From Actinomycetota bacterium (GTDB lineage: Bacteria > Actinomycetota > Thermoleophilia > Solirubrobacterales > 70-9): DNA of 64,000 nt. The stretch is taken from positions 2,293 to 66,292 of the forward strand of contig JBBPIN010000010.1 of NCBI GenBank assembly GCA_038040285.1, in the 5' to 3' direction. The notes under the pieces are model-generated. The model was not told the DNA's origin. It searched no databases and was given only the letters and a program-made list of their open reading frames with translations. Positions 45,893 to 54,955 of this stretch are shown here, piece by piece. A program made the position numbers and the translations under genes. Position 1 is the first letter of the stretch. Each line of letters opens with the position of its first letter.

Positions 45893-46661
45893 CGAGCTGT
45901 GGGTGATCCGCTGCGGCCTCATGCCCTACGAGCAGGCGCGCGAGGCGCAGGCGCGGCTGGCCGCGGCGCGGCAGGCGGACGAGGTTCCCGACCTGCTGCT
46001 GCTGCTCGAGCATCCGCCCGTCTACACGCGCGGGCGTCGCTCGCAACCGGGCGAGCTGCCGATGGGCGAGGACTGGTACCGCGCCCAGGGGATCGAGGTC
46101 TGTGACACCGACCGCGGCGGGGCCGTCACCTACCACGGGCCCGGGCAGTTGGTCGGCTACCCGATTGTCAGCCTGAACCCCTTCGGCGACGATGTGCACG
46201 CCTATGTGCGCCGCCTGGAGCGGGTGACGATCGAGGCGCTGAGCGAGCTCGGCGTCGAAGCTCAGACGATCGACGGCCTGACCGGGGTATGGACCAGCGG
46301 CCCAGCGCCGGCGAGCGGAGCCGATCCGGGAAACGAGGCACGAAAGATCGCCTCGATCGGAATCCACATCAGCCGCGGTGTCACGACGCATGGATTCGCG
46401 ATCAACGTCAACAATGACCTGCAGCCGTTCGAATGGATCGTGCCCTGCGGGATCGAGGGTTGCCGGGTGACCTCGCTGGCCCGCGAGCTGGGCAGCCAAC
46501 AGGACTTGGCCCAATTCGGCGAAGAGGTGGCGGAGCGGTTTGTCGCCGTCTATGAACGCCGCTTGCTCCCGATCGACGCGGCGGAGCTCGCCCAATATGT
46601 CGAGGGCATCGAATCGCTGATCGTGGCTCCCGCGGCCGCGGTCGAGGCGGCGCTACGGTAG
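45885..46661 (+). CDS. lipB: Lipoyl(octanoyl) transferase
   Basis: LLLLEHPPVYT, RGGAVTYHGPGQLVGYPI and KIASIG motifs. Confidence 0.93.
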   Translation: MHDELWVIRCGLMPYEQAREAQARLAAARQADEVPDLLLLLEHPPVYTRGRRSQPGELPMGEDWYRAQGIEVCDTDRGGAVTYHGPGQLVGYPIVSLNPFGDDVHAYVRRLERVTIEALSELGVEAQTIDGLTGVWTSGPAPASGADPGNEARKIASIGIHISRGVTTHGFAINVNNDLQPFEWIVPCGIEGCRVTSLARELGSQQDLAQFGEEVAERFVAVYERRLLPIDAAELAQYVEGIESLIVAPAAAVEAALR

Positions 46662-46666
46662 GGACC

Positions 46667-47614
46667 GTGTCAAAGGCCGTCGAGCGCATACACGTAACGC
46701 GGTCGCGCGCCAACCCAGGTGGCGCGTCCGTCGCCAATGGACGGCCGTTCCGCGAGCGCAAGCCCCCCTGGCTGAAGGTGCCGGCGCCGGGCGGCCCCAC
46801 CTACCGCCGCCTTCGCAAGGCGATCGCGGAGGAGGGGCTGCACACCGTCTGCCAGGAGGCCAACTGCCCCAACGTCGGCGAGTGCTGGGAGCGCGGCACG
46901 GCGACGTTCATGATCCTCGGCGACGTCTGCACCCGCCGCTGCGGCTTTTGCAACGTGCAGACCGGTAAACCGACCTGGAACGACCCGCTGGAGCCGCTGC
47001 GGGTCGCGAACCAGGTCAAGCGGATGGGCCTGCGCCACGCCGTGGTCACGTCGGTCGACCGCGACGACCTTCCCGACTACGGCGCCGGCGCCTTCGTCGG
47101 CGTGATCCGCTCGATCCGCATGCAGGCCCCCGGCTGCAAGGTCGAGGTGCTGACTCCCGACTTCCGCGGCCAGGAGATGCCGCTCGCGAAGGTCGTCCAC
47201 GAGCGGCCCGACGTCTTCAACCACAACGTGGAGACGGTGCCGCGCCTCTATCCGCTTGCCCGCCGCGGCTCGGACTTCATGCGCTCGGCGCGGGTGCTGC
47301 GAATGGCCAAAGAGATGGGCGGCGAGAAGGTGGTCACCAAGTCGGGGCTGATGGTCGGCCTCGGCGAGACATTCGAGGAGATGCTGGAGGCCTTCGAGGT
47401 CCTGCGCGAGCACCGGGTCCAGGTGCTGACCGTAGGCCAGTACCTGCGCCCGACCGAGAAGCACCTGCCGGTGGCCCGCTACTGGCACCCGGACGAGTTC
47501 GCGGCGCTGGAGCGTGCCGCCTACGAGATCGGCTTCGAGTCGGTTGCGGCGGGGCCGCTGGTGCGCAGCTCCTACCACGCCGACGAGCAGCTTCCGGACC
47601 GCGCCGCCGCTTAG
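46667..47614 (+). CDS. lipA: Lipoyl synthase
   Basis: Auxiliary cluster CQEANCPNVGEC and radical-SAM cluster CTRRCGFC. Confidence 0.96.
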   Translation: MSKAVERIHVTRSRANPGGASVANGRPFRERKPPWLKVPAPGGPTYRRLRKAIAEEGLHTVCQEANCPNVGECWERGTATFMILGDVCTRRCGFCNVQTGKPTWNDPLEPLRVANQVKRMGLRHAVVTSVDRDDLPDYGAGAFVGVIRSIRMQAPGCKVEVLTPDFRGQEMPLAKVVHERPDVFNHNVETVPRLYPLARRGSDFMRSARVLRMAKEMGGEKVVTKSGLMVGLGETFEEMLEAFEVLREHRVQVLTVGQYLRPTEKHLPVARYWHPDEFAALERAAYEIGFESVAAGPLVRSSYHADEQLPDRAAA

Positions 47615-47632
47615 CTAGCGCCGCGCGGCGTA

Positions 47633-47655
47633 CACCACCGCTGTCCACGGTGGTG
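47633..47655 (+). terminator. Hairpin after lipA (possible I-shaped terminator)
   Basis: Perfect 8-bp stem CACCACCG / CGGTGGTG with a 7-nt loop, 19 nt after the lipA stop. There is no U-tract. Confidence 0.35.
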
Positions 47656-47739
47656 AGCCGTGAGGTTCAGCAGCGCTCGAACGTCTTGCAAAGTGCGCTC
47701 GCCTAGTCGCCAGTTTGAGGCTGTAGGCTCGCCGCCCCG

Positions 47740-48600
47740 TTGATCCCGCTCAAGGACAACGTCCCCACAGCGCGGCTGCCCCTGGTGACGATCCTGTTGA
47801 TCGTCGTCAACGTCGGCTTCTTCATCTGGCAACTCAGCTTCTCCAGCGGCGACTCCTCGAACCCGCAGCTGAGGCAGCTCGGGGCCAGCGACCGCGACCT
47901 GAACTCGGTCCAGTACGGCGCGATCCCCTACCGGGTCCTGCATCCTGGCCGCGATTGCGCCTTCGGGGTGACCCACCACTCGGGTTCCCCGGAGGCAGAC
48001 GTCGTGTGCGAGGGGACCAAGCAGTACTCGGAGGCGCTCGCGGCGCGCGCGAACGGTGAGGCATTCGTTCGCTACTCGAATCCCCCCTGGTACGTGACCG
48101 TGTTCACCTCGATGTTCATGCACGGGGGGATCCTGCACATCGCGTTCAACATGCTGTTCCTCTGGATCTTCGGCAACAACATCGAAGACGCCATGGGACG
48201 GGGCCGCTACCTGCTCTTCTACCTTCTCGCTGGAATCGCCGCCGTGTACGCACAGGCGGGAATCGACCCGAGCGGTACGCTGCCGAGCATCGGCGCGAGC
48301 GGCGCGATCGCCGGAGTGCTCGGGGCCTACGCGCTGCTCTTACCGCGCGCCAGAATCCTGACCTTGATCTTCCTGGTGTTCTTCGTCACCCTGATCGAGA
48401 TCCCGGCCTACGTGATGCTGGGGATCTGGTTCGTGCTCCAATTCATTCCAGCGGTCGGGCAGGTGGCGGTGCCCAACATCAGCGGCCAGGGCGGGGTCGC
48501 CTACTTCGCCCATGTCGGCGGGTTCCTGTTCGGGCTGGCGCTGGTAAAGGTCTTCGTACGCCGGCGTCCCAGCATTCCGGCACCGATCGCCGCGGGCTGA
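47740..48600 (+). CDS. Rhomboid family intramembrane serine protease
   Basis: HIAFNMLFLWIFG (HxxxN) motif, catalytic GASGAIAGVLGAY and a downstream AHVGGF motif. TTG start. Confidence 0.88.
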   Translation: MIPLKDNVPTARLPLVTILLIVVNVGFFIWQLSFSSGDSSNPQLRQLGASDRDLNSVQYGAIPYRVLHPGRDCAFGVTHHSGSPEADVVCEGTKQYSEALAARANGEAFVRYSNPPWYVTVFTSMFMHGGILHIAFNMLFLWIFGNNIEDAMGRGRYLLFYLLAGIAAVYAQAGIDPSGTLPSIGASGAIAGVLGAYALLLPRARILTLIFLVFFVTLIEIPAYVMLGIWFVLQFIPAVGQVAVPNISGQGGVAYFAHVGGFLFGLALVKVFVRRRPSIPAPIAAG

Positions 48601-49556
48601 TGAGCCTCGGGCGCATAGCGCTCGGGGGATTGATCGTGATCGTCGTTTGGGCGGCGGCGGTGCTGCTGGCGGAGCCGATCGACAAGGGGGGTGGCAGGGA
48701 CTCGACGACCGTCGCCGCGACCGCCGGCCTGCCGAGCCCCCTGACTCACGATCCCGGCATCCGACCGCCGGTCCACAACCGCTTCACGGTGCGGCCCGCG
48801 CCCACGCCAACGCCGGTGCGGGTCCACTTCAAGCAACCGCCCAGCGCCGGCGTGCTGTTCGACCTGCGGAGCGGCCGGGTGCTCTGGCAGCTGCATCCGC
48901 GCCACGAATTGCCGATCGCCAGCCTGACCAAGATGATGACCGCGCTGATCATCGCCCAGCGCCACCGGCTGCGCGAGTGGGTGCTGATAACCCCCCGGGT
49001 CCTGCGCTATGCGGGGTCGGGGGTCGGCGTCCTGCCGCGTGGCAAGCGGGTGAAGCTAGGCGCCCTGCTCGATGGGCTGCTGCTGGTGTCGGGCAACGAC
49101 GCGGCGATCGCATTGGCCCAGCACGACGCGCACACGGTCGGCGGGTTCGTGCGCCGCATGAACCTGCGGGCCCAGGAGCTCGGCCTCACCTGTTCGCGCT
49201 TCTCGAGCCCGAGCGGGATCAGGGACCAGGGCAATCACTCGTGCGCGCTCGATCTGGCGACGCTGGCGCGGATGGACCTCGCGAACCAGGTGGTGCGGCG
49301 GATCGTCGGCACGCGTCGGGTGCGGATGCGCTTCCCGGTGAAGGGCGGCTACCTGGACCTGTTCAACATCAACCCGTTCATAGACGACCCGGGCGTGACC
49401 GGCGTCAAGACCGGCCTCACGAACGCGGCTGGCCGCTGCTACGTCGTCACCGCGCACGTCAACGGCCGCTACCTCGGCGTCGTGCTGCTCAACACGCCCG
49501 ATCCCTTCACGCAGGTGCCGCAGCTGTTCAAGGCGGGGGCTCGGCGAGGTGGCTGA
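48600..49556 (+). CDS. D-alanyl-D-alanine carboxypeptidase (peptidase S11, low-MW PBP)
   Basis: SLTK (SxxK), SGND (SxN) and KTGLT (KTG) motifs, with an N-terminal membrane anchor. 1-nt TGATG overlap with the rhomboid gene. Confidence 0.88.
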   Translation: MSLGRIALGGLIVIVVWAAAVLLAEPIDKGGGRDSTTVAATAGLPSPLTHDPGIRPPVHNRFTVRPAPTPTPVRVHFKQPPSAGVLFDLRSGRVLWQLHPRHELPIASLTKMMTALIIAQRHRLREWVLITPRVLRYAGSGVGVLPRGKRVKLGALLDGLLLVSGNDAAIALAQHDAHTVGGFVRRMNLRAQELGLTCSRFSSPSGIRDQGNHSCALDLATLARMDLANQVVRRIVGTRRVRMRFPVKGGYLDLFNINPFIDDPGVTGVKTGLTNAAGRCYVVTAHVNGRYLGVVLLNTPDPFTQVPQLFKAGARRGG

Positions 49557-49580
49557 CCCCCACGCAGGCCTGCGGGGAAA

Positions 49581-49653
49581 TGGAGCCAGCCGGGCTCGAA
49601 CCGGCGACCTCGGCGTTGCAAACGCCGCGCTCTTCCAACTGAGCTATGGCCCC
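49581..49653 (-). tRNA. tRNA-Ala (anticodon TGC)
   Basis: Reverse complement is GGGGCCATAGCTCAGTTGGAAGAGCGCGGCGTTTGCAACGCCGAGGTCGCCGGTTCGAGCCCGGCTGGCTCCA. The G3:U70 identity pair is present. CCA is not encoded. Confidence 0.93.
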
Positions 49654-49764
49654 TCCTGACTAAGTGTAAGTCGGCAGAATCTCGTAGAAATCAAGCGTCG
49701 CGCCCCGGCCGGCGGAGCGCCTTGTGACAGACTGGCTGCGCAGGCACAGGAGGGACCAGAGCAG

Positions 49765-51132
49765 ATGGCAGCGAAGACGGAAACGGCCGAGGCCGTCGCG
49801 GAGCACGAGGATCACGACAAGTCCCCGGAGGCGACCGACCGCGCCAAGGCCGAGGCGGAGGCGGAGGGCAAGCCAAAGCCCCGGCAGCGGGCCGAGGTCT
49901 CCAACCTGGAGATCGTCCGCCACTACTTCGATATCGCCTGCGACCGGCTAAAGCTGCGCGACGACCTGCGCACCGTCTTCTGGAGCCCTTACCGCGAGGT
50001 CAGCGTGCAGATCCCGGTCAAGCTCTCCGACGGCAAGATCCACGTCTACTCCGGCTACCGGATCCAGCACAACGGTGCCCGCGGTCCCTACAAGGGCGGC
50101 GTCCGCTTCCACCCCGAGGTCGACATCGACGAGGTGCGAGCGCTCGCCTCGCTGATGAGCTGGAAGACCGCGATCGCCGGCGTCCCCTTCGGCGGTGCCA
50201 AGGGCGGCGTCAACTGCCCCGCCGATCAGCTGGAGCGGGACGAGGTGGAGAAGATCGCCCGCTCGTTCATGAACAAGATCGAGAAGGTGCTCGGCCCGAC
50301 CCGTGACATCCCGGCGCCCGACGTCAACACCGACGCCCAGGTGATGGCCTGGTTCATGGACGAGTACGGCAAGTTGCACGGGCACACCCCGGCGATCTGC
50401 ACCGGCAAGCCAATCGAGCTCGAGGGCTCATACGGACGCGAGGCGGCCACCGGGCGCGGCTGCGTCTACATGTTCCGCGAGGCAGCGCCCCACCTCGGTC
50501 TCAGCCCCGCCGACGTCACCTTCGCCGTCCAGGGCTTCGGCAACGTGGGCTCGTGGGCGGCGCGCCTGATGCACCAGCTCGGCTGCCGCATGGTCGCCGT
50601 CTCGGACGCCCACGGCGCGATCCGCAACGACGCCGGCATCGACCCCGACGCGCTTCACACCTTCGTCAGCGAGGGCGGCAGGCTGACCGAATTCGAAGGG
50701 GCCGAGCCGATCGACGCTGACGACCTGGTCGCGGTCGAGTGCGACGTCTTCATCCCGGCGGCGCTCGGCGGGATGATCCACGAGGGCAACGCCGACCGGA
50801 TGAGCTGCAAGATGCTGATCGAGGGCGCGAACTCGCCGACCACACCTACAGCCGACGCGATCCTCAATGACAAGGGCGTCTACATCGTGCCCGACGTGAT
50901 AGCCAACGCCGGCGGAGTCGTGGTCTCCTACTTCGAGTGGGTCCAGAACCTCCAGCACTTCCGCTGGGAGGAGCGCGAGGTCAACGACAAGTTGAGCACG
51001 ATAATGCGCCGCGCCTACCGTGAGGTCTCGGCGCGAGCCAAGGAGGAGCGGATCCCGCTCCGCGAGGCCTCCTACGAGGTCGGCATCGAGCGCGTCGTGC
51101 AGGCCGCACGCACGCGCGGGTACGTCAGCTAG
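49765..51132 (+). CDS. gdhA: Glutamate dehydrogenase
   Basis: 455 aa. GGVRFHP, the GGAKGG catalytic region and GFGNVG Rossmann motif. Confidence 0.93.
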   Translation: MAAKTETAEAVAEHEDHDKSPEATDRAKAEAEAEGKPKPRQRAEVSNLEIVRHYFDIACDRLKLRDDLRTVFWSPYREVSVQIPVKLSDGKIHVYSGYRIQHNGARGPYKGGVRFHPEVDIDEVRALASLMSWKTAIAGVPFGGAKGGVNCPADQLERDEVEKIARSFMNKIEKVLGPTRDIPAPDVNTDAQVMAWFMDEYGKLHGHTPAICTGKPIELEGSYGREAATGRGCVYMFREAAPHLGLSPADVTFAVQGFGNVGSWAARLMHQLGCRMVAVSDAHGAIRNDAGIDPDALHTFVSEGGRLTEFEGAEPIDADDLVAVECDVFIPAALGGMIHEGNADRMSCKMLIEGANSPTTPTADAILNDKGVYIVPDVIANAGGVVVSYFEWVQNLQHFRWEEREVNDKLSTIMRRAYREVSARAKEERIPLREASYEVGIERVVQAARTRGYVS

Positions 51133-51278
51133 CGCGCGGCGCGCCTGGACGCCTGTTCGAATTCCCTGCACTGCAGGCTCAAGTACCGCGCCGGCGCTCC
51201 GATTAGCCCTGTACCGGTCTACGAACCGGATCCGACTGCCTACAAATACTTGCCAGGGAAGGCAAGAACGCCAACAGG

Positions 51279-51305
51279 AAACCCCGCCTAAGAGCGGGGT
51301 TTTCC
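51279..51305. terminator. Bidirectional intrinsic terminator between gdh and the acidic-protein gene
   Basis: AAACCCCGC-CTAAGA-GCGGGGTTT hairpin flanked by an A-run and a T-run, so a U-tract follows the stem on both strands. Confidence 0.7.
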
Positions 51306-51327
51306 TGATTCGGAGGCCGTTGCGCCG

Positions 51328-52179
51328 CTAGTCGTCGAAGTCGAAGTCCTTGGGCGGCTTCTGCTCGAACCAGAGCCGATCGTGCTCAGGTGTGTCCTGG
51401 AGGAACTCCGGCGTCTCCTCGAGCACGTCCTCCTCCTCTTCCTCCTCGGCGTCCTCGAAGCCGCCTTCCTCCTCGGCGGGGAGCTCCTCCTCTCCCGAGT
51501 CGGGCTCGGGGGCCTCGGCGACATCGGGTGGAGGCGGGGCCCGCTCGGTCTCGGGCGCATCCAGCGCCTGGTCGAGCTCATCGGAGAGCGACTGCTCGGA
51601 GAAGAACTCGTCCTCGACGGCCTCCTCTCCTTCCGGATGATCCTCCTCGACGGCCTCCGCAGCATCCTCGCCGACCGGGTCGCCGTCGAGGTCGTGGAGC
51701 TCGGTGGGCTGATCGGCGATCGAGGCTTCCTCGGGCTGCCCCGCCGCCTCGGGCTCCTCCGGAGGCTCCGGCGGAGGATGCTCCTCGGTCTCCGCGGCGA
51801 CGGTCCCGGCGTCCGCGGCATCCGGATCCACCGTCGCGTGCTCCATCGCGGGGTGCTCCTCCTCGGCAGGGGGCTCCGCGGGCAGCTCGACCGGCTCCTC
51901 GACCGCTTCGACCGGCTCGGCGGCGGGAGGCTCGGCGGACTCGGGGAACGGATCGACCGGCTCAGGGGGCGGTTCGACCGGCTGCTCGGCGACGGCCGGC
52001 GGCGCCTCGTCTTCGACCGCCGCCGACGCCTCATCCATCGGTGCGTTGCTCGCCGCATCTCCGGGGCGCGCCGGAGGACCGAACGCCTGGTCCTCGAGTT
52101 CGCGCAGCTCGTTATCGCCGGCGCCGTGCTGGCGCTTCAGCTCCAGATGTTCGCGGATTGCCTCGTCAAGAGCACCCAT
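51328..52179 (-). CDS. Highly acidic, Pro/Glu/Ala-rich disordered protein of unknown function
   Basis: 283-aa ORF. Short structured-looking ends (MGALDEAIREHLELKRQHGA... and ...PEHDRLWFEQKPPKDFDFDD) flank about 220 residues of E/D/P/A low complexity. The other long ORFs overlapping this interval are Arg/Pro-rich. Confidence 0.65.
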   Translation of the reverse strand: MGALDEAIREHLELKRQHGAGDNELRELEDQAFGPPARPGDAASNAPMDEASAAVEDEAPPAVAEQPVEPPPEPVDPFPESAEPPAAEPVEAVEEPVELPAEPPAEEEHPAMEHATVDPDAADAGTVAAETEEHPPPEPPEEPEAAGQPEEASIADQPTELHDLDGDPVGEDAAEAVEEDHPEGEEAVEDEFFSEQSLSDELDQALDAPETERAPPPPDVAEAPEPDSGEEELPAEEEGGFEDAEEEEEEDVLEETPEFLQDTPEHDRLWFEQKPPKDFDFDD

Positions 52180-52276
52180 GGTTTCCGCCCAATCTCGGCG
52201 TACAGACTAGGCGGTTTAGCACTGGGCGGCGGGATAGGCCGCCCACCAATTCATGGGGTCCTGAAGGTGCCCGGAG

Positions 52277-53587
52277 CTAACGCGGAACCGGCTCGGGAGC
52301 GCGGCGACCGCCGGCGCGGGCGGTGCGGTTCTTGCCCTGCTGCTTGGCGCGGTACAGCGCCTGGTCGGCGGCCTTGATCAACGATCTCACGTCTGGCGCC
52401 TGCCCGGGGCTGCCTGCAACTCCGACGCTCGCCCGGATCGTGATCTCATCCTTTTGCCCGTCGAGCGGGATGCGGACGGCGTCGAGCCGCCTGCGAATCC
52501 TCTCAGCGACCTCCATCGCCCCGTCGATACGAGTCTCCGGCAGGGCGATCGCGAACTCCTCACCGCCATAGCGGGCCGGCTCATCGACCTCCCGCGACTC
52601 CGCCCTGAGGATGCGACCGACCTCCCTCAGGACCTGGTCGCCCTGCAGGTGGCCGTGGTTGTCGTTGATCTCCTTGAAGTCGTCGAGGTCGAGCATCACG
52701 ACCGAGAGCGGGCGATCGAACCGTTTCGCTCGCTCGACCTCCTTGCCGAGGATCTGCCTGAAGCGCCGGTGGTTCGAGAGGCCTGTCAACTCGTCGGTGA
52801 TCGCCTCTTCTTCGGCGCGCTCGTGCTGCTGGCGCAGGTCGCGTACCAAGGGGGCGATCAGCGCGAAGGCGAGCAGCACCAGGACCACGAGGATCGCCGC
52901 GACCAGCACCTGGCTGCCCGAGAAGCCGGAGTCCCGCGGACCGAGTAGCGCCGCCCGAACATTGGCCGACGCATCCGGGAGCGAGACGACCCGGGCCCGG
53001 TAGTCGCCGGAGGGAAGACTGACATCGATCGTGTGCGCCCCTGTGCCCCCGAGATCGAGTGCGCTCGCACCCGCCGCGCCGGTCGCGATCGTCGCACCGC
53101 CGGCGGAGACCACGAACGGGAGCCCGGTCGCCTGGTGCACGCCGTGCGCGAACTCGGTCGCATCGGTGGTCGACACGACGAGGTCGCCTAGCGGCCCGCT
53201 CGGCCCGCTGATCCGCAGCTTGACGCTGGCCACCGGCTGCCCGATTGAGAACCTGGCGATCAGTTGGCCGCCTCTGCGGACCTCGAGGCGGGTCAGCCCA
53301 AGGGTCAGGGCCAGCTGCCTCACCCGCCGATCCAGAGGCGGTGCCGGCCCGACCGGGATCTCCGTTCCGAGCTGCTCGTCGTTGGCGACCAAGCGTGCTT
53401 CGTGTCGCGCCGAGCTCAGATCGGTGCGGTATTGGTTCAGCGTCGGAGTCAGGGCGCCGGCGAGCCGTGCGTCGGCCTTTCCGGTCCTCGACTCCGAGGA
53501 AAGAGGGACAAAGGAGATCACGATCGCGATGACCGGCACGACCACGATCAGGAGCACGGTGACTGTTAGGCGCCTACGAAAACTCAT
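52277..53587 (-). CDS. Membrane sensor diguanylate cyclase (GGDEF domain)
   Basis: Two TM segments around an extracytoplasmic domain. GGEEF active site with an RxxD I-site (REVD) five residues upstream. ATG 53587 is preferred. Confidence 0.88.
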   Translation of the reverse strand: MSFRRRLTVTVLLIVVVPVIAIVISFVPLSSESRTGKADARLAGALTPTLNQYRTDLSSARHEARLVANDEQLGTEIPVGPAPPLDRRVRQLALTLGLTRLEVRRGGQLIARFSIGQPVASVKLRISGPSGPLGDLVVSTTDATEFAHGVHQATGLPFVVSAGGATIATGAAGASALDLGGTGAHTIDVSLPSGDYRARVVSLPDASANVRAALLGPRDSGFSGSQVLVAAILVVLVLLAFALIAPLVRDLRQQHERAEEEAITDELTGLSNHRRFRQILGKEVERAKRFDRPLSVVMLDLDDFKEINDNHGHLQGDQVLREVGRILRAESREVDEPARYGGEEFAIALPETRIDGAMEVAERIRRRLDAVRIPLDGQKDEITIRASVGVAGSPGQAPDVRSLIKAADQALYRAKQQGKNRTARAGGRRAPEPVPR

Positions 53588-53650
53588 ACGAAGGAGAGCG
53601 TATTCTTGCAGTGAGTAGGGGGCACGAACACCTCTTCCCCTCCTCATTTC

Positions 53651-53723
53651 TGGGGCTATAGCTCAGTTGGAAGAGCGCCTGGATCGCACCCAGGAGGTCG
53701 CCGGTTCGAGTCCGGCTAGCTCC
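53651..53723 (+). tRNA. tRNA-Ala (anticodon CGC)
   Basis: GGGGCTATAGCTCAGTTGGAAGAGCGCCTGGATCGCACCCAGGAGGTCGCCGGTTCGAGTCCGGCTAGCTCCA. G3:U70 pair present. CCA is not encoded. Confidence 0.93.
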
Positions 53724-53764
53724 ATATCGGGAAATTCCGCAGCCGCGATAGCTTTTTCCTGACC

Positions 53765-54910
53765 GTGCGTCCAACTATCTGGTCTCGTGCGATCGCCATC
53801 GGTGCCGGTACATGTCTGCTCGCATTGGCGTTCTTTGCGCCCTCAGCGGCGGCGCTGCGCCTGCACACGGTCGCTCATTTCGACCAGCCGGTCTACGTGA
53901 CCGCACCGCCGGGCGACCGGCGCGAATTCTTCGTCGTCGAGCGGGCGGGGCGGATCCGAATCGTCCGCCACGGGCACAAGCTGCGCCGCCCATTTCTGGA
54001 CATTCGACGCTTGGTCGACCTTCGCTACCCCAACAACCAGTTCCGCGACCAGGGCGGACTCGCCTCGATGGCCTTCTCACCGGACTACCGCCGCAGCGGC
54101 CTCTTCTACGTCTTCTACACCCACGCCGGGGGGACTATCCACGTCGACGAGTTCCGCCGTTCCCCCGGCTCGTCCACGCGGGCCCTACGCTCGAGCGGCA
54201 GGACCGTCCTCGCGGTCCCACGCCACGGCAGGACCGACCTGGGCGGTCAGCTCGAGTTCGGCCCCGATGGCTTCCTCTACGTCAGTTTCGGCCAGGGCGA
54301 GGATTCCGACTCGAGCCAGGACCTCGAAGAGCTGACCGGAAAGATCCTGCGAATCGACCCAAAACCTTCAGGCGGACGTCCCTACACAGTTTCCGCCGAC
54401 AACCCATTCTCCAATCGAACCGATGCGCGCCCCGAGATCTTCGCCTACGGCCTGCGTGTGCCCTGGCGATTCTCCTTCGACGATTCGACCGGGGACCTGA
54501 TCGTCGGCGATGTCGGCGACGAACGCTTCGAGGAGGTCGACCTGCTGCGACCCTCAGATGCGGGCGCCAACCTCGGTTGGCCGTTCTACGAGGGCCGCCA
54601 CCGGCACAGCCCTGGAGGCACTGGCGCACTTACCTTTCCGGTCCTCGTCAAGCCTCACGCCCACAGCTCCTGCGCGATCGTCGGCGGTTACGTGATCCGC
54701 AACCGTCGCCTGCCCTCAATGCGCGGCCGTTACCTCTACGGCGACGTATGCACCGGCAAGCTTCGCTCGGCGCGACTGGGTTTGCCCCGGGCCAGCGGCG
54801 ATCGCTCGGAGCATCTCGCAGTCCCCTACCTGGACTCGTTCGGCCGCGATGCTCGAGGCAGGCTCTATGCGGTCAGCCTCCTCGGGTCCGTCTACCGGTT
54901 CTCCCGCTGA
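53765..54910 (+). CDS. PQQ-dependent sugar dehydrogenase (sorbosone/glucose dehydrogenase beta-propeller family)
   Basis: Signal peptide, then FDQPVYVTAPPGD, GKILRIDP, YGLRVPWRFSFD and GANLGWPFYEG motifs. Confidence 0.82.
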   Translation: MRPTIWSRAIAIGAGTCLLALAFFAPSAAALRLHTVAHFDQPVYVTAPPGDRREFFVVERAGRIRIVRHGHKLRRPFLDIRRLVDLRYPNNQFRDQGGLASMAFSPDYRRSGLFYVFYTHAGGTIHVDEFRRSPGSSTRALRSSGRTVLAVPRHGRTDLGGQLEFGPDGFLYVSFGQGEDSDSSQDLEELTGKILRIDPKPSGGRPYTVSADNPFSNRTDARPEIFAYGLRVPWRFSFDDSTGDLIVGDVGDERFEEVDLLRPSDAGANLGWPFYEGRHRHSPGGTGALTFPVLVKPHAHSSCAIVGGYVIRNRRLPSMRGRYLYGDVCTGKLRSARLGLPRASGDRSEHLAVPYLDSFGRDARGRLYAVSLLGSVYRFSR

Positions 54911-54955
54911 GCGTGGGGCCAATGGCGACCTAGAGCCGAGCCCGGCGGGTGTCTC

